DNA of 64,000 nucleotides from Bacteroidales bacterium (lineage in GTDB: Bacteria > Bacteroidota > Bacteroidia > Bacteroidales > 4484-276), in NCBI GenBank assembly GCA_035647615.1, contig DASRND010000010.1, forward strand, positions 8,619 to 72,618, given 5' to 3'. The notes beneath the pieces are model-generated. The model did no database searches. It was not told where the DNA came from and saw only the letters and a list, made by a program, of their open reading frames with translations. Shown here in pieces: positions 61,668 to 64,000 of this stretch (position 1 is the first letter of the stretch; every line of letters begins with the position of its first letter). The translations under genes and the position numbers were made by a program.

Positions 61668-61944
61668 AAATTCCTTTTTAAGTTGTTAATAATAATTTTT
61701 TAAGCTGATATGTTCAATTTTTCGATAGGTCGTCGAAAGCATATCGCTTGCAAAGCTAAGCTCAATTAACACAACAAATCATCAAATGGCCCTTCTGTTA
61801 GTTTTAGTTAGCCATCACTAAACCAAGTCACAACGTTACGGATAGTGGTCAAATGCCACGAAAGTAAGGAAGCCGGTTCGGGCTCTGGCTATTTTCAATG
61901 ATTTTAAATTACACGATAATTAGCGTAAAAATTAAGTTTTGTCT

Positions 61945-61952
61945 TAATTTTG
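61945..61952 (+). promoter_or_regulatory. candidate -7 promoter box TAATTTTG for the rnf operon
   Basis: Matches TAnnTTTG, ~80 nt upstream of the rnfB start. Confidence 0.4.
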
Positions 61953-62030
61953 CCTTTCTCATCACGATTGTATTAATTGCATTATCGTCCTGAGTAAAAT
62001 ATTTCAGTACCCACCAAAAAGAACTGAAAC

Positions 62031-62948
62031 GTGAACGATGTAATGATTTATGCAGTGATCACTCTGAGCGCCATCGGCGTTGCTGCAGCTGTAATACTGT
62101 ATTTTGTGGCGCAAAAGTTTAAAGTAATCGAAGACCCGCGCATCGACGCGGTGGAAGAGATTGTACCGGGGGCCAACTGCGGCGGCTGTGGCTATGCCGG
62201 CTGCCGCGCTTTTGCCGAGGCGGTGGTGAATGCCGGAAATATGGATGGTTTTAACTGTCCCGTAGGCGGCAACGCAACCATGAAAGCGGTAGCGCGCATT
62301 TTGGGTCTGGAAGCCGAAGAAAAAGAGCCGCTCGTTGCTGTATTGCGCTGCAACGGCTCTTACGCACACGCTCCCAAAAAAGCCAACTACGAAGGCGCTA
62401 CCACCTGTGCTTTTGCACATGGCCTCTTTTCGGGCGAAAGCGGCTGCCCCAATGGCTGTCTCGGCCTTGGCGATTGCGTGGAATCGTGTGCCTTCGACGC
62501 GCTGTACATGGATCCCGAAACCGGCCTCCCTGTAGTCATCGAAGACAACTGCGTGGCTTGTAATGCTTGTGTAAAGGCGTGCCCTCGCAATATTTTCGAG
62601 CTGCGCCCCAAAGGCAAAAAGGAACGCCGCATCTACGTAAGTTGTGTAAACCAAGAAAAAGGTGTGCATGCCCGTAAAAACTGTGAGGTAGCCTGCATCG
62701 GCTGCGGTGCCTGCGTTAAAGTGTGTCCGTTCGACGCCATCACCATGACCAACAACCTCGCTTACATCGACCCGGAGAAATGCAGGCTCTGCCGCAAATG
62801 TGCACCGGTATGTCCTACCAATGCAATCCTCGAGATAAACTTTCCACCGCGCAAAGAACGACCTGAAAAAGCCAAAGACGATGCACCCAAAGACCCCGAC
62901 CCTACCCCGTTGCCACCACAGCAACCCGATATGTCGCAGGTTCATTAA
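62031..62948 (+). CDS. rnfB: Rnf electron-transport complex subunit B (polyferredoxin)
   Basis: N-terminal TM helix, CGGCGYAGC 4Fe-4S motif, and several CxxCxxCxxxCP ferredoxin motifs. GTG start (an ATG lies 4 codons later). Confidence 0.9.
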   Translation: MNDVMIYAVITLSAIGVAAAVILYFVAQKFKVIEDPRIDAVEEIVPGANCGGCGYAGCRAFAEAVVNAGNMDGFNCPVGGNATMKAVARILGLEAEEKEPLVAVLRCNGSYAHAPKKANYEGATTCAFAHGLFSGESGCPNGCLGLGDCVESCAFDALYMDPETGLPVVIEDNCVACNACVKACPRNIFELRPKGKKERRIYVSCVNQEKGVHARKNCEVACIGCGACVKVCPFDAITMTNNLAYIDPEKCRLCRKCAPVCPTNAILEINFPPRKERPEKAKDDAPKDPDPTPLPPQQPDMSQVH

Positions 62949-62986
62949 TTTTTTAAAAATGCACACGATCTCATAATAATAAAAAC

Positions 62987-64000
62987 ATGAGTTTGAAAAC
63001 TTTCACCATGGGAGGCGTTCATCCTCCCGAACAAAAAATTTCGGCTTCTGAAGCCATCCGCACGCTGCCGCTGCCCGCCACCATTACGGTGCCTGTGTCG
63101 CAGCACCTGGGAGCTCCGGCAGCCGTGGTGGTAAAGCGTGGCGACCTGGTGAAAACAGGTCAGTTGCTGGCCAAAGCCACCGGTTTTATCTCCGCCAACA
63201 TCCATTCTCCCGCCACCGGAAAAGTGGCCAAGATAGATGTGGTGCTGGATCAGTCGGGCTACAAACGCACCAGCGTGATCATCGAAACTACCGACGACGA
63301 GTGGATGGAAGATATCGACACCTCCGCCAATCTGATTCGTGAGATAACATTATCAAAAAAAGAAATCATCGACCGCATCCACACCATGGGCGTGGTTGGT
63401 CTGGGCGGCGCCACCTTCCCTGTGTATGTGAAGATGATGGTTCCCGAAGGCAAAAAAGCGGAATTGCTAATCATCAATGGCGTGGAGTGCGAGCCTTATC
63501 TTACCGCCGACCACCGCCTGATGCTTGAACGCAGCGACGAGCTTATGGTTGGCATCACCATTCTGATGCGCGCACTGGATGTTGATAAAGCTGTAATCGG
63601 CATCGAAAACAACAAACCCGACGCTATTCAAAAGCTGAGTGTACTTTGTCAGAAATATCCCGGCATCAGCGTGCAGGCGCTGAAAGTAAAATATCCGCAG
63701 GGTGGTGAGAAACAACTCATCAAAGCTGTAACAGGCCGTGAAGTACCTTCTGGCAAACTACCAATAGAAGTAGGTTGTGTGGTAGATAATGTGGGAACTG
63801 CCGTGGCTGTTTACGAAGCCGTTCAAAAAAACAAGCCGCTGATCGAGCGTGTGGTGACCATTTCCGGCAAGGCTGCAAAACGTCCGGGCAATTATTTGGC
63901 ACGCGTGGGCACGCCCATCAGCACACTGATAGAAGCTGCCGGCGGCACGCCCGAAAATCTTGGAAAAGTTGTAGGCGGCGGCCCCATGATGGGCAAAGCA
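62987..64000 (+). CDS. rnfC: Rnf complex subunit C, N-terminal part (runs off window end)
   Basis: Hand translation: MSLKTFTMGGVHPPEQKISASEAIRTLPLP...GVVGLGGATFPVYVKM...LIINGVECEPYLTADHRLM..., open to base 64000. Confidence 0.9.
   Translation, partial: MSLKTFTMGGVHPPEQKISASEAIRTLPLPATITVPVSQHLGAPAAVVVKRGDLVKTGQLLAKATGFISANIHSPATGKVAKIDVVLDQSGYKRTSVIIETTDDEWMEDIDTSANLIREITLSKKEIIDRIHTMGVVGLGGATFPVYVKMMVPEGKKAELLIINGVECEPYLTADHRLMLERSDELMVGITILMRALDVDKAVIGIENNKPDAIQKLSVLCQKYPGISVQALKVKYPQGGEKQLIKAVTGREVPSGKLPIEVGCVVDNVGTAVAVYEAVQKNKPLIERVVTISGKAAKRPGNYLARVGTPISTLIEAAGGTPENLGKVVGGGPMMGKA

Noticed and set aside
62004-62966. 320-aa minus-strand ORF
   Set aside because: It is the exact antisense shadow of rnfB, whose Cys-cluster motifs make the plus-strand reading unambiguous.

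Overview
This 64-kb window looks like chromosomal DNA of a Bacteroidota bacterium. Support for that: T9SS C-terminal sorting domains, a UpxY-type NusG paralog, TAnnTTTG promoter boxes close to gene starts, and no Shine-Dalgarno signals. Left arm (1-9.2 kb, minus strand): a wHTH regulator, then a sulfate-activation operon (SLC13 permease, cysC, cysD, and cysN fused to a degenerate APS-kinase-like domain). The operon sits behind upxY and is interrupted twice by Avd-like four-helix-bundle gene cassettes bracketed by GC-rich word repeats. A wbpB-like oxidoreductase and a lutA-like Fe-S protein follow. Centre (9.6-29.6 kb, about one third of the window): two tandem, paralogous, mosaic giant genes (3085 and 3501 aa) for secreted multidomain T9SS cargo proteins. 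They show swapped internal cassettes, intragenic segmental duplications and a near-identical 3' end that extends past the stop codon. This pair is my best candidate for an undescribed system. Right arm, first part: GH2 beta-mannosidase, a TonB-dependent receptor behind a TPP riboswitch, aroQ, a GT2, a GWxTD protein, tRNA-Ser, and a tatC that appears to lack both signal-peptide-binding glutamates. Next is a four-gene cluster (flippase-like, ArnT-like, ArnC-like, YdjC deacetylase) resembling the Francisella Flm/NaxD lipid A hexosamine pathway. Right arm, second part: a phospho-sugar mutase, slyD, tRNA-Ser and tRNA-Pro plus a degenerate tRNA-Pro copy, KAS III, tRNA-Arg, a ykoF-like/pnuC/nadR-like salvage unit, GT4 plus flippase, an islet of small stress proteins, mscS, pruA and rnfBC. 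Intergenic DNA is filled with several families of short dispersed word repeats. No CRISPR array, transposase, integrase or recognisable defence genes were seen. All family calls come from motif recognition by eye. No database search or alignment program was available.
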